Of a DNA stretch of 38,516 bases, positions 1-8,983 are shown in pieces. The position numbers and the translations under genes were made by a program. Location: NCBI GenBank assembly GCA_041577295.1, contig JBFGJG010000041.1, positions 1 through 38,516 on the forward strand, read 5' to 3'. How positions within the stretch are numbered: the first letter of the stretch is position 1; each line of letters begins with the position of its first letter. Origin of the DNA: Gemmatimonadales bacterium (GTDB lineage: Bacteria > Gemmatimonadota > Gemmatimonadetes > Gemmatimonadales > GWC2-71-9). The notes beneath the pieces are model-generated. The model did not search any database and had not been told where the DNA came from. It was given only the letters and a program-made list of their open reading frames with translations.

Positions 1-1
1 T

Positions 2-1612
2 CCCGGCGAGCTGTACATCGGTGGTGCTGGCGTGACTGATGGATACCTCAATCGCGACCATCTCACAGGCGAGCGGTTCATATCCAATCCGTTTGCCAAT
101 GGGAACAACGATCTCCTGTATCGCACCGGCGATCGTGCCCGGTGGCGAACCGACGGACAGCTGGAAATCCTCGATCGGATGGACCGCCAACTGAAGATTC
201 GCGGGCAGCGAATCGAACCGGGAGAGATCGAGACGACGGTGTCACGGCATCCGGCAATCGCTGCTTGTGCAGTGGAGCCGGTAATCAACGGAAACAGCGA
301 CGTCACGTTGAAGCTGTTCGTGATCTATCGCAACGGCGCAACCCCTCCATCGACCGGCGAGATCCGACGTTTCCTCCGCAGCAGTCTTCCAAGCTATATG
401 GTTCCAAACCACGTCGTGTCCTTGAAGGAGTTTCCACAACTACCAAACGGAAAGATCGACCGCGCTGCGCTCAGAAAACGCGTCGCCGGACCTGACGGCT
501 CGCAGGATCATTACGTGGGACCCCGGACGCCAATCGAAGCTGCATTGACGGAGATCTGGAGCGAGGTCCTCGGCGTTTCACGAGTGGGGGTGGAGGATGA
601 CTTCTTCGAGCTGGGTGGCCACTCGTTATTGATTGCCGACGTCGTTACCCGCATGCAAGATGTGCTGGACTGTGACATCCCACTGCATACGCTGTTCGAG
701 CACCCAACCATCGCCCGATTGCTCGCGGCGGTCGGGCAAACGCCGCAGCCAGCTGTGGTCGCGTCGCCCGATTCGCTTTCCCGGCGTACGACGAACCCCC
801 TCCTCGTGCCCATTCACGTTGGGTCTGCACATCCGCCGTTGTTCCTCGTGCACGCGGCAGGAGGCATCGTCTCACCTTACGTGCACCTCGCCAACCGATT
901 GGGGCCCGATGAGTCACTGTACGGCATCGAACATCCGGGAATGCATGGCGAGACAATCGAGCACTCGATTCCTCAACTCGCTGCGCTGTACTGCAACGTG
1001 ATTCGGGAGAGTCAACCGCATGGCCCTTACCTGCTCGGCGGTTGGTCGTTTGGTGGATTAGTGGCGTACGAGGCCGCGCAGCAGCTGACGAAGGATGGAG
1101 CCGATGTTCGGTTCTTGGCGCTGTTGGATTCGTTCCTGCCGGCGGCTGATCAGAAACCATCCGGGCGAACCCATTTGCTGCGGACCTATCTTCGCCATTA
1201 CGGGCTCGGTCCTGAAAGAACCTCGCTCGATTTCTGTGAGGGGGCTGCGACGGTGGACGACATGTTGGCGAAAGCTCATGAGGAGCTTCGCCGCACCGGG
1301 CTCCTGCCCGCGAAGCTCGATTTGTCAGCCTTCGTCGAGCACTTCGCCATCTACGCTCATGCGATCGAAGCGACCGGCTCCTACCATCCGAGCTGTGGCT
1401 ACCCCGGTCAGGTCACCCTGGTTCGTTCCACCTCTCGGGTGGGGGGAGAGTCATGCTCAAGGGGATGGGCGGACCTGAGTCCCGCAAACCTCGTGGTCTA
1501 CGACGTCGCTGGAGATCACTATCAGATGTTACAGGAGCCTTGGGTCGCGACCGTGGCCGAAGTGCTGCAATCGCTACTGCACAGTGCGCGGAACGGGAGG
1601 GCGGGTACATGA
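2..1612 (+). CDS. NRPS, 5'-truncated by window edge: C-terminal part of A domain - PCP - thioesterase
   Basis: Frame open from position 2 (PGELYIGGAGVTDGYLNR). A-domain motifs YRTGD, QLKIRGQRIEPGEIE, PNGKIDR; PCP FFELGGHSLL; TE GWSFGG and C-terminal GDH. Confidence 0.95.
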   Translation, partial: PGELYIGGAGVTDGYLNRDHLTGERFISNPFANGNNDLLYRTGDRARWRTDGQLEILDRMDRQLKIRGQRIEPGEIETTVSRHPAIAACAVEPVINGNSDVTLKLFVIYRNGATPPSTGEIRRFLRSSLPSYMVPNHVVSLKEFPQLPNGKIDRAALRKRVAGPDGSQDHYVGPRTPIEAALTEIWSEVLGVSRVGVEDDFFELGGHSLLIADVVTRMQDVLDCDIPLHTLFEHPTIARLLAAVGQTPQPAVVASPDSLSRRTTNPLLVPIHVGSAHPPLFLVHAAGGIVSPYVHLANRLGPDESLYGIEHPGMHGETIEHSIPQLAALYCNVIRESQPHGPYLLGGWSFGGLVAYEAAQQLTKDGADVRFLALLDSFLPAADQKPSGRTHLLRTYLRHYGLGPERTSLDFCEGAATVDDMLAKAHEELRRTGLLPAKLDLSAFVEHFAIYAHAIEATGSYHPSCGYPGQVTLVRSTSRVGGESCSRGWADLSPANLVVYDVAGDHYQMLQEPWVATVAEVLQSLLHSARNGRAGT

Positions 1613-4600
1613 GACGGCGGGGCACACCACCGACGGTCACGGTCACCTCCTCCGACTGGTCATCGGCCCTCGAGGGGGCGTCGCCCCTGAGGTGCATGCC
1701 AAAGGATCTCCGGTCACAACCACACTCGCCACCACAGCCATCGCAATTCGAACTGACCTTGAACGGCAGTCACTATTCAGCGTTCACTGAACTCGCGGCC
1801 AACGCGAAGTGTACGCCCGCTGAGGTGCTGCTCGCAGCGTTCAGTGCGCTCCTGTTCCGCTATACTGGCGAGGAGGATCTCGTTGTCGGCTGGCTCGTCA
1901 CCTCGCAAAATGGATCCGATGCCTCGAGTCAGCGTGGGGTTATCCCCGTTCGAACAGCGGTACGAGGCGACCTGCCCTTCGTCGACCATCTCGCACGGGT
2001 CCGCGACGCCAAGCGTAGGGGATTCCGACGAGGTTGCGTACCGTCATTGGCTGGCGTACTGCCGCATGAAGCGTTGCATGAGTTCCCGTACGGTGTTCCG
2101 ATCTGCTTTGCACCCTGCCCATCGCTCGCAGGTGGGAAGAGCCCGGGCGATACCTCAGACATTGCGGCGTCGAATGGCGGAGCGGCCATCATACCGCTCG
2201 AACTGATCGCAAAGCGCGCGAACGACAGCATTCGTTTGCGCTTTTCGTACGATGGGCGGTTCTACCACTCGGATTTTCTCCAGACGATGGCAGATCACCT
2301 GCTTCGCTTTGTGGCTTGTGTCACTGCCGATCCGTCGACGACGCTCGCAGAGGCGCGGTTGTCATCCGCGAACGAAGAGCAAGAGATCCTCAGCTGGAGC
2401 GTCGGCGAATGCACTGCCCGCGAGGTGAACGGCCGACATGTGTTGTTTCAAGAGCGCGTGCGCGAGGCGCCCGACAAACCAGCGGTCATCTCGGCGCAGA
2501 GTGTTCTCACTTACGAAGAGCTGGATCGACGTTCCAACCAGTTGGCACACTACCTCCGCGGGTTGGGCGTCAGCACGGACGTCCCGGTGGGCGTTGCCAT
2601 CACCCGGTCGGCCGACGTGCCCATTGCGTATCTCGGAATACTCAAGGCTGGAGGAGCGGTCTTTCCAGTCGCCACACATGAGACCGCGGATCGCCTACGA
2701 GCGCAGTTGGCCACGGTCATGCCGGCCGTCGTCATCGCCTCGCAGCCCTTAGCAGCGGAGCTGCGCGATGAAGGGTGGCAGGTGCTCCTACTCGGGGAGA
2801 TGAAGCGTCAACTGGCGGCCCAACTCGACACGGCTCCGGAAATCTCAGTATCACCACAGCAACTCGCCTTCTTGATCGCCACGTCCGGGTCCACCGGCCA
2901 TCCGCGTATAGTGAAGCTACCGATTGGATATCGTCCGGCGCGCTCAAAGGCGTCGCTCGAAGAGCGCCATCTGTTGAAGAGCGATTCAGCCACGACCTTT
3001 ACCCTCGCCGAGATCATGCGGCCGCTGCTGAGCGGCGGGACGCTTTACCTGGCCCCGCCGGGCGTTGAACGCGATCCGTGGCGCCTCGTTGCGCTCATTG
3101 GCGAGCATCGCATCACCCACCTCCTAGTGACCCCGAGTCAATTGCGCGCGCTTTTGGAGGTGGACGACCTGAGTCCGTGCCGCTGGATGCGATCGGTCAA
3201 CATTGCGGGTGAGCCATTGCCCTACGATCTCAAATGCCGATTCTTCGAGCGTTTGGACGCTGCGCTGGTCAACATGTACGGGTGCACCGAAGCGCCCGGT
3301 GCGACCGTCTACGAGTGCGCTCCCGACGACGTGCCGGGTTTGACGTTCGCAGGCAGACCAGTTCCCGGCATGGAGGCGTTCGTGCTCGACGCCGACTGTC
3401 GGCTGTGCCCCATTGGCGTCCCAGGGGAAGTCTATCTGGGTGGCAGACTGTCGGCCGGCTATCTCGGCGACCTGGAAGCGACTGCAGCGCGTTTCGTCCG
3501 TCATCCGTTCAATCCGGCCCCTGATGCACGACTCTTCCGAACCGGAGACCTAGGACGTTGGCTACCGGGAGGAACGCTCGAAATCCTCGGGCGCCGCGAC
3601 GGTCAGGTAAAGGTCCGCGGTAATCGGGTCGAGCTCAGCGAGGTCGAAGCACGGCTCGGCGACCACAATGGCGTGAGCGACTGTGTCGTCATCTTCCAGG
3701 AAGATTTGGGACTCGTCGCGTACTGGGTGGCCAGCGACACGGTACAAGTGGGTATGAGCGAGCTACGGCTCTACCTCGAGGAGTCGCTCCCCAACTACAT
3801 GCTGCCTTCTGCCTTCGTTCAGCTGGACTCCCTTCCGTTGACCCCCAACGGGAAGGTGGATCGCAGGGCACTTCCCTCACCGGAACCTAGGCGCCCGGAC
3901 CTCGCCACGGCATACGTCGCCCCCCGAGACCCCGTGGACGTGGCCTTCGTCGAGATCTGGAGCGAAGTCCTAGGCGTCGAAACGGTGGGGATGAACGACC
4001 GGTTTCTCGAGTTGGGTGGGGACTCCCTCAAGGCTGCCCAAGTGATATCGCGTGTGATTCGCACGTTTGGCATTGAGCTATCCGTCGATTCCCTCCTCGG
4101 ATCTGAGACGCTCGCGGATCTTGCCAATTTGGTGCGCTCCAATACGCAGCAGGCGATGATACCCCGCCCCACTGGGGAAGAGCCACCGACAACCATTCCT
4201 CGCCGTAAATCGCGCCGTTCGTCTTGTGCGTCGTATTCACAACGCGGCTTTTGGTTTCGCCACGAGTACGAGACTGACGCACCGATCTACAACATGCCAA
4301 CGCTGCTCGAACTCAAAGGACCGCTCGAGGTCGGCGCGCTGGATTCAGCATTGACGTCGCTGGTGGAACGTCATGAGGCACTCAGAACGGTTTTCCGTAT
4401 CGAAGATGGCGAACTGCGCCAGGAGCTCTTGGACAGCTGGTCGTTCCGCATGTCCATCGTCGATGTCTGCCACGGGTCGCCGGAATCGGTAGCTACGCTC
4501 GACGCGGCGGTCTCTCAGGACGCGAACCGCCGTTTCGATCTCTCGGCGGATCTCATGATCCGCGCGACGTTGTTCCGCATGCGCGAGGACGAGCACCGGC

Positions 4601-7338
4601 TGTTGGTGGTTACCCATCACATCGCGACGGATCGATGGTCGACCGAGATTCTGTTGCACGAACTCGCTGCGGAGTACGAAGCACGCGTCGCGGGTCGCCC
4701 ATCTCCCCTCCCCGACTTGCCAATTCAGTATGCCGACTACTCGCAATGGGAAGAGGAGCGTCTCGACGAGGGTGCCTTCGATGTGCACCTCGCCTTTTGG
4801 CAGGAAGAGCTCGATGGCACTTTGCCGGCCCTCCGCCTGCCGACCGATCACTCGAGGCCAGCGATCCGCACGTTCGCCGGAGCGCGATCGCCCGTCACAC
4901 TCTCCCGCGTGTTGACCGACGGATTGTGCACCCTGGCGCGTCGCCACGGCACCACGCTCTTCACGGTGCTAATGGCCTCGCTGCATACCCTGCTCCATCG
5001 CTACTCGGCAGCCAGCGATATCATAGTCGGCTTTCCGGTGGCGAGCCGGAGGCGTGTGGAGGCGGAGCGGCTGGTTGGCAACCTGATCAATACGCTCCCG
5101 CTGCGTATGCATTTCTCGCCGGGCACCTCGTTCGACCAGCTGTTACGTCAAGTGCACGAGAAAGTCCTCGATGCGTACGCGCACCAGGGCCTCCATTTCA
5201 CAAAGCTCGTTGAGGTACTGGCACCCGAGCGTGACCCCAGTCGCTCACCTGTCTTTGACGTGATGTTGGATTTCGCCAACGTGCCGTCGCTGCCCCGTGG
5301 CTTCTCCTCACTCGCCGTACATAGGTTGCCGCTCGGGGAGCACACGTCTCTCGTCGATCTGTCACTCAACCTTCACGAGAACGACGGTCAGCTCACGGGG
5401 TGCTTTGAATACAACCCAGATCTGTTTGACGAAACGACCATCAGGCGGATGGTCAGTCATCTCGAGACACTCCTGGAAGCAGTGGTGTCGGACCCCGAGA
5501 CCGACATTGCCACGCTGCCGCTCATGCCGCCCCATGAGGAGCGGCTGGTGACGCAGGAGTTCAACGACACGCGCAGAGACTGGCCTGTATCGTTCGTGGA
5601 AGAACTCTTCGAATCTCAAGCACAGCGTACCCCCGACGCGATAGCCGTCCAGGACCGGGAGGGCTGTCTCACCTACGACGAATTGGACCGCCGCGCCACC
5701 GAACTCGCTGCCCACCTACGCCACGGCGGTGTTCGAGAGGGAGAACTCGTCGGGATCTGCATGGAGCGATCCTCACGGATGGTGATTGCCCTTCTGGGGA
5801 TCTTGAAGAGCCGAGCAGCGTACCTTCCGCTCGATCCTACCTTCCCCCCGGATCGTCTGTCCTTCATGGCCTCTGACTCGGGCGCGACCGTCGTCATTGG
5901 CGAACCGGACGTGACGCACCTATTTACCGAACCCGACGTCCGCATCGTCACTCTGGACGATGTTCAAGCGCCAGTCGAGGGGAGCGAAATACGACTGCCA
6001 CGTCGGAATCGGGAATCGGCTGATCACGCCGTAGCCTATCTGATGTACACATCTGGGTCTACCGGCAAACCCAAGGGTGTGAAAGTCCCGCACCGATGCG
6101 TGACCAATTTCTTACTGGCAATGCGCGAGCGACCAGGCTTCGCAGCGCACGACGTCATGCTTGCCGTGACCACCCTGTCGTTCGACATCTCCGTGCTCGA
6201 GATCTTTCTCCCATTGATTGCCGGTGGTCGGTTAGTCGTAGCGGATGCCACAACCGCTGCCGATGGTCACCTACTCGCAGCCGCAATAGAAGCGTCGGGG
6301 GCAACCGTGATGCAGGCGACACCTGCGACGTGGCAGCTGCTCCTCGACGCCGGTTGGAGCGGGCACGCACTCACGGCGCTGTGCGGAGGAGAGGCCCTCT
6401 CCCGTGAGCTGGCCACGCAGCTAATGCCACGCGTCTCGCGGCTGTGGAACATGTACGGGCCAACAGAGACCACGGTGTGGTCCTCGTGTGCCGAGATTGC
6501 GGAACCCATTGAACGAATCCACGTCGGCCGGCCAATTGCAAACACGCAGATCTACGTTCTCGATGCCGCTCTGCAGCGTGCCCCGATCGGGGTGCAGGGG
6601 GAGGTCTACATAGGCGGAGCCGGAGTGACCGCGGGGTATCTGAATCGCGAGGCACTGACCGCTGAGCGGTTCATCCCAAGTCCATTCGGTGGACCCGGCG
6701 AGCGTCTCTACCGTACGGGCGATCGTGGCCATTGGTTGACGGATGGGCAGCTCGCGATCCACGGGCGCGCAGATCGACAGATAAAGGTGCGGGGTCACCG
6801 CATTGAACCTGGAGAGATCGAGAGCGCGCTCACACGTCACCCCGCCGTGACACAAAGTGCGGTCCTCGCGCGGACGATTTCGGCGAGCGACGTGAAGTTG
6901 GTGGCCTACGTCGTGTATGACCGAAATGGCGAGGAGCCAACGGTGAGTGAGATCCGCCGCTTTTTGCGAAACTCTCTCCCACGATACATGATCCCCGGAG
7001 TCGTGATGTCAGTGGATGCGATTCCGCGAACGCCAAACGGCAAGATCGATCACCAGGCGCTTCCGGACCCGTTCGCATCCTCGACGGGGACCACCGAATT
7101 TGTCCCGCCGGAGAGTGCCGCAGAGCAGCTGCTGGCCAAGGTGTGGCAAAGTGTGCTCGGTGTGGATCGCATCAGTCGTAACGACAACTTCTTCGAGCTC
7201 GGTGGTCACTCGTTGCTCTCGATCCGTGTGGTCCATGAGATCGAGAAACGCACGGGCCATCGACTCGATCCACGCACGCTCTTCTTCCACACATTGGCAC
7301 AGATCGCGACCGCGATCCCTGCACCCTCTAGACCGTAA
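1609..7338 (+). CDS. Bimodular NRPS: partial C - atypical A - PCP - C - A (Gly-type code) - PCP, no terminal TE
   Basis: ATG 1609 overlaps the upstream TGA (ATGA) after GGGAGG. A1: TSGSTGHPR, NMYGCTE, FRTGD, PNGKVDR. PCP1: ELGGDSL. C: HHIATDRWS. A2: YTSGSTGKPKG, SFDISVLE, YGPTETTVWS. PCP2: FFELGGHSLL near the C-terminus. Confidence 0.93.
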   Translation: MRRRGTPPTVTVTSSDWSSALEGASPLRCMPKDLRSQPHSPPQPSQFELTLNGSHYSAFTELAANAKCTPAEVLLAAFSALLFRYTGEEDLVVGWLVTSQNGSDASSQRGVIPVRTAVRGDLPFVDHLARVRDAKRRGFRRGCVPSLAGVLPHEALHEFPYGVPICFAPCPSLAGGKSPGDTSDIAASNGGAAIIPLELIAKRANDSIRLRFSYDGRFYHSDFLQTMADHLLRFVACVTADPSTTLAEARLSSANEEQEILSWSVGECTAREVNGRHVLFQERVREAPDKPAVISAQSVLTYEELDRRSNQLAHYLRGLGVSTDVPVGVAITRSADVPIAYLGILKAGGAVFPVATHETADRLRAQLATVMPAVVIASQPLAAELRDEGWQVLLLGEMKRQLAAQLDTAPEISVSPQQLAFLIATSGSTGHPRIVKLPIGYRPARSKASLEERHLLKSDSATTFTLAEIMRPLLSGGTLYLAPPGVERDPWRLVALIGEHRITHLLVTPSQLRALLEVDDLSPCRWMRSVNIAGEPLPYDLKCRFFERLDAALVNMYGCTEAPGATVYECAPDDVPGLTFAGRPVPGMEAFVLDADCRLCPIGVPGEVYLGGRLSAGYLGDLEATAARFVRHPFNPAPDARLFRTGDLGRWLPGGTLEILGRRDGQVKVRGNRVELSEVEARLGDHNGVSDCVVIFQEDLGLVAYWVASDTVQVGMSELRLYLEESLPNYMLPSAFVQLDSLPLTPNGKVDRRALPSPEPRRPDLATAYVAPRDPVDVAFVEIWSEVLGVETVGMNDRFLELGGDSLKAAQVISRVIRTFGIELSVDSLLGSETLADLANLVRSNTQQAMIPRPTGEEPPTTIPRRKSRRSSCASYSQRGFWFRHEYETDAPIYNMPTLLELKGPLEVGALDSALTSLVERHEALRTVFRIEDGELRQELLDSWSFRMSIVDVCHGSPESVATLDAAVSQDANRRFDLSADLMIRATLFRMREDEHRLLVVTHHIATDRWSTEILLHELAAEYEARVAGRPSPLPDLPIQYADYSQWEEERLDEGAFDVHLAFWQEELDGTLPALRLPTDHSRPAIRTFAGARSPVTLSRVLTDGLCTLARRHGTTLFTVLMASLHTLLHRYSAASDIIVGFPVASRRRVEAERLVGNLINTLPLRMHFSPGTSFDQLLRQVHEKVLDAYAHQGLHFTKLVEVLAPERDPSRSPVFDVMLDFANVPSLPRGFSSLAVHRLPLGEHTSLVDLSLNLHENDGQLTGCFEYNPDLFDETTIRRMVSHLETLLEAVVSDPETDIATLPLMPPHEERLVTQEFNDTRRDWPVSFVEELFESQAQRTPDAIAVQDREGCLTYDELDRRATELAAHLRHGGVREGELVGICMERSSRMVIALLGILKSRAAYLPLDPTFPPDRLSFMASDSGATVVIGEPDVTHLFTEPDVRIVTLDDVQAPVEGSEIRLPRRNRESADHAVAYLMYTSGSTGKPKGVKVPHRCVTNFLLAMRERPGFAAHDVMLAVTTLSFDISVLEIFLPLIAGGRLVVADATTAADGHLLAAAIEASGATVMQATPATWQLLLDAGWSGHALTALCGGEALSRELATQLMPRVSRLWNMYGPTETTVWSSCAEIAEPIERIHVGRPIANTQIYVLDAALQRAPIGVQGEVYIGGAGVTAGYLNREALTAERFIPSPFGGPGERLYRTGDRGHWLTDGQLAIHGRADRQIKVRGHRIEPGEIESALTRHPAVTQSAVLARTISASDVKLVAYVVYDRNGEEPTVSEIRRFLRNSLPRYMIPGVVMSVDAIPRTPNGKIDHQALPDPFASSTGTTEFVPPESAAEQLLAKVWQSVLGVDRISRNDNFFELGGHSLLSIRVVHEIEKRTGHRLDPRTLFFHTLAQIATAIPAPSRP

Positions 7339-7349
7339 AGGCTCGCTAC

Positions 7350-8201
7350 TCAGGCTCGAAAGCGTTCCATCCAGCCAATGAACCCCGCGACCAGCGCCTC
7401 CCGATGGGGCATCTTCCTCAGCGAGTGGTCCGATCCCGGAATAAACACGGAAGTACACCGCGGCGATGCTGCGGCACTTGGGTGGTTATCGCGGAACTGG
7501 TCGCGATAGTTGTAGTTCTCCTCGAGCCCGGCTGTGAAGTAGAACGCGAGCTGCACACCCCGGCCGAGTAACGACTCGAGGGATTGGTTCAGCTCGTCTT
7601 TCGAGAGGCGTCGCCGCACGCCAACGCTCAAGGGACTCGAGCGCCCGTTGTCGCCGGCGAGACGCCTTCGCAGCGAGCCGAGGGCATTCGTCTTGCCGCT
7701 GAGCGCGCTCTTCCAACTTTTCGGTTTGGTCAATCGCTTGAGATAGTGTTTCACCACGTGCTTTTGGTTCACGAACGAACCAATCAGATCGATCGCGAAT
7801 ACTCCCACCACCCGCGTGTCGTGCTGAGCGCGTTGCAGCGCGTCGTGCGCTCCGGAGCAGAGGCCAAGCAGCACGAACGTGTCACCGTGTCCCGCCTCCT
7901 CGAGACATTTCATCGCGTCGTCGATGTCCAGCTCGACCGCTTCGGCGAGCGTCAGATTTTCGTTGCGCGGGAGGCTGTCACCCACGCCCGAAAGATCGAA
8001 TCGAAACGAGGGAAGCCCAGCGACTGCCAGACGGCGCGCCATCTCCACGTGGATGCGCGAGGCGCCGACGCGGTGCAAAACACCTGCGCTCAGCATTATG
8101 GTCACTGGCACCGAGGTGGCCGGCGCTGGGGGAGTGCACAGGATCCCCACGAGACCGCGTTGCGGTCCGAACTGTACTGGCCGCTCCCGATACGTTTGCA
8201 T
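7350..8201 (-). CDS. Alpha/beta hydrolase with Cys at the nucleophile elbow (resembles exosortase A-associated hydrolase 1 type)
   Basis: RFDLSGVGDS, GLCSGA elbow, C-terminal GSDH. Start ATG 8201 (MQTYRE) after GGAG, preferred over the longer ORF start. Confidence 0.8.
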   Translation of the reverse strand: MQTYRERPVQFGPQRGLVGILCTPPAPATSVPVTIMLSAGVLHRVGASRIHVEMARRLAVAGLPSFRFDLSGVGDSLPRNENLTLAEAVELDIDDAMKCLEEAGHGDTFVLLGLCSGAHDALQRAQHDTRVVGVFAIDLIGSFVNQKHVVKHYLKRLTKPKSWKSALSGKTNALGSLRRRLAGDNGRSSPLSVGVRRRLSKDELNQSLESLLGRGVQLAFYFTAGLEENYNYRDQFRDNHPSAAASPRCTSVFIPGSDHSLRKMPHREALVAGFIGWMERFRA

Positions 8202-8256
8202 CAGCGCGCCAACTCCGGATGGCGAATCGCGGAGGGAACGACTGCCGAACGTCGCC

Positions 8257-8898
8257 TCAATTCGAGAGCCACTTCGCGGTCTCCTCGATCGCCCCGATGG
8301 GCAGGCCACCCGACCCCGGTGCTCGATCGGACCAGAAAGGAGCTGCCGGTGCATGCACTACTGTCGGAGCGCTACTCCATTCTGTGAGCGTCTTCACGAG
8401 GGAAACGTCTGCCGACTCAGACCGTGTTGACACGAGCAGAGTATCGCTCATGCTGTCGGAATTGGAGGAGGGGGTCACGGCCACTCCACCCTCCGTCAGC
8501 GGATCCCACAGCACCAGTCGAGCTATTCCCTTGTGCATCGCCGCTGCGTGAACGGCAACGATGGCCCCGGCTCTAATCCCGATGAGTCCCGCGCGCGTGG
8601 TGTCGCCTACGTCGCGTAGCTCTTCCAGGGCCTCGCAGACATCGCGGACGCAACTATCGATGGTCGCGTCCGCCTCGGATCCGTCCGAGTCCCCGGTGCC
8701 AAAGTAATCGAACCTGAGCACGTGAATGCCATGCTCCGCCAAGTGACGAGCCAGGAGGCGAACGGTCTTGTGTGCGGGGAAGTACTCGGCACCTAGCGGG
8801 TTGCAGATCACGACGCCAAACAATCCGCCACCACCCACTGGGGGGTGGTAACAGCCAAACAGACGGCGGCCCGACGAGCCAAAGTAGTACGGGTTCAA
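8257..8898 (-). CDS. Alpha/beta hydrolase-fold protein lacking a Ser nucleophile (resembles exosortase A-associated hydrolase 2 type)
   Basis: LFGCYHPP, LRFDYFGTGDSDG, elbow GIRAGA, LVLWDP; TTG start. Confidence 0.8.
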   Translation of the reverse strand: MNPYYFGSSGRRLFGCYHPPVGGGGLFGVVICNPLGAEYFPAHKTVRLLARHLAEHGIHVLRFDYFGTGDSDGSEADATIDSCVRDVCEALEELRDVGDTTRAGLIGIRAGAIVAVHAAAMHKGIARLVLWDPLTEGGVAVTPSSNSDSMSDTLLVSTRSESADVSLVKTLTEWSSAPTVVHAPAAPFWSDRAPGSGGLPIGAIEETAKWLSN

Positions 8899-8983
8899 GC
8901 CTGTGCCGGGCCACTCGGTGTGGCGGAGGTCACGGATGTACGCATCACGGCTTCACCGTGTGCAAAGACCGGGCCTGGCTCGG

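Noticed and set aside
1453..1608. Longer N-terminus of the second NRPS from the ORF track
   Set aside because: Overlaps the TE coding region by over 150 bp; ATG 1609 has an SD and an ATGA coupling.
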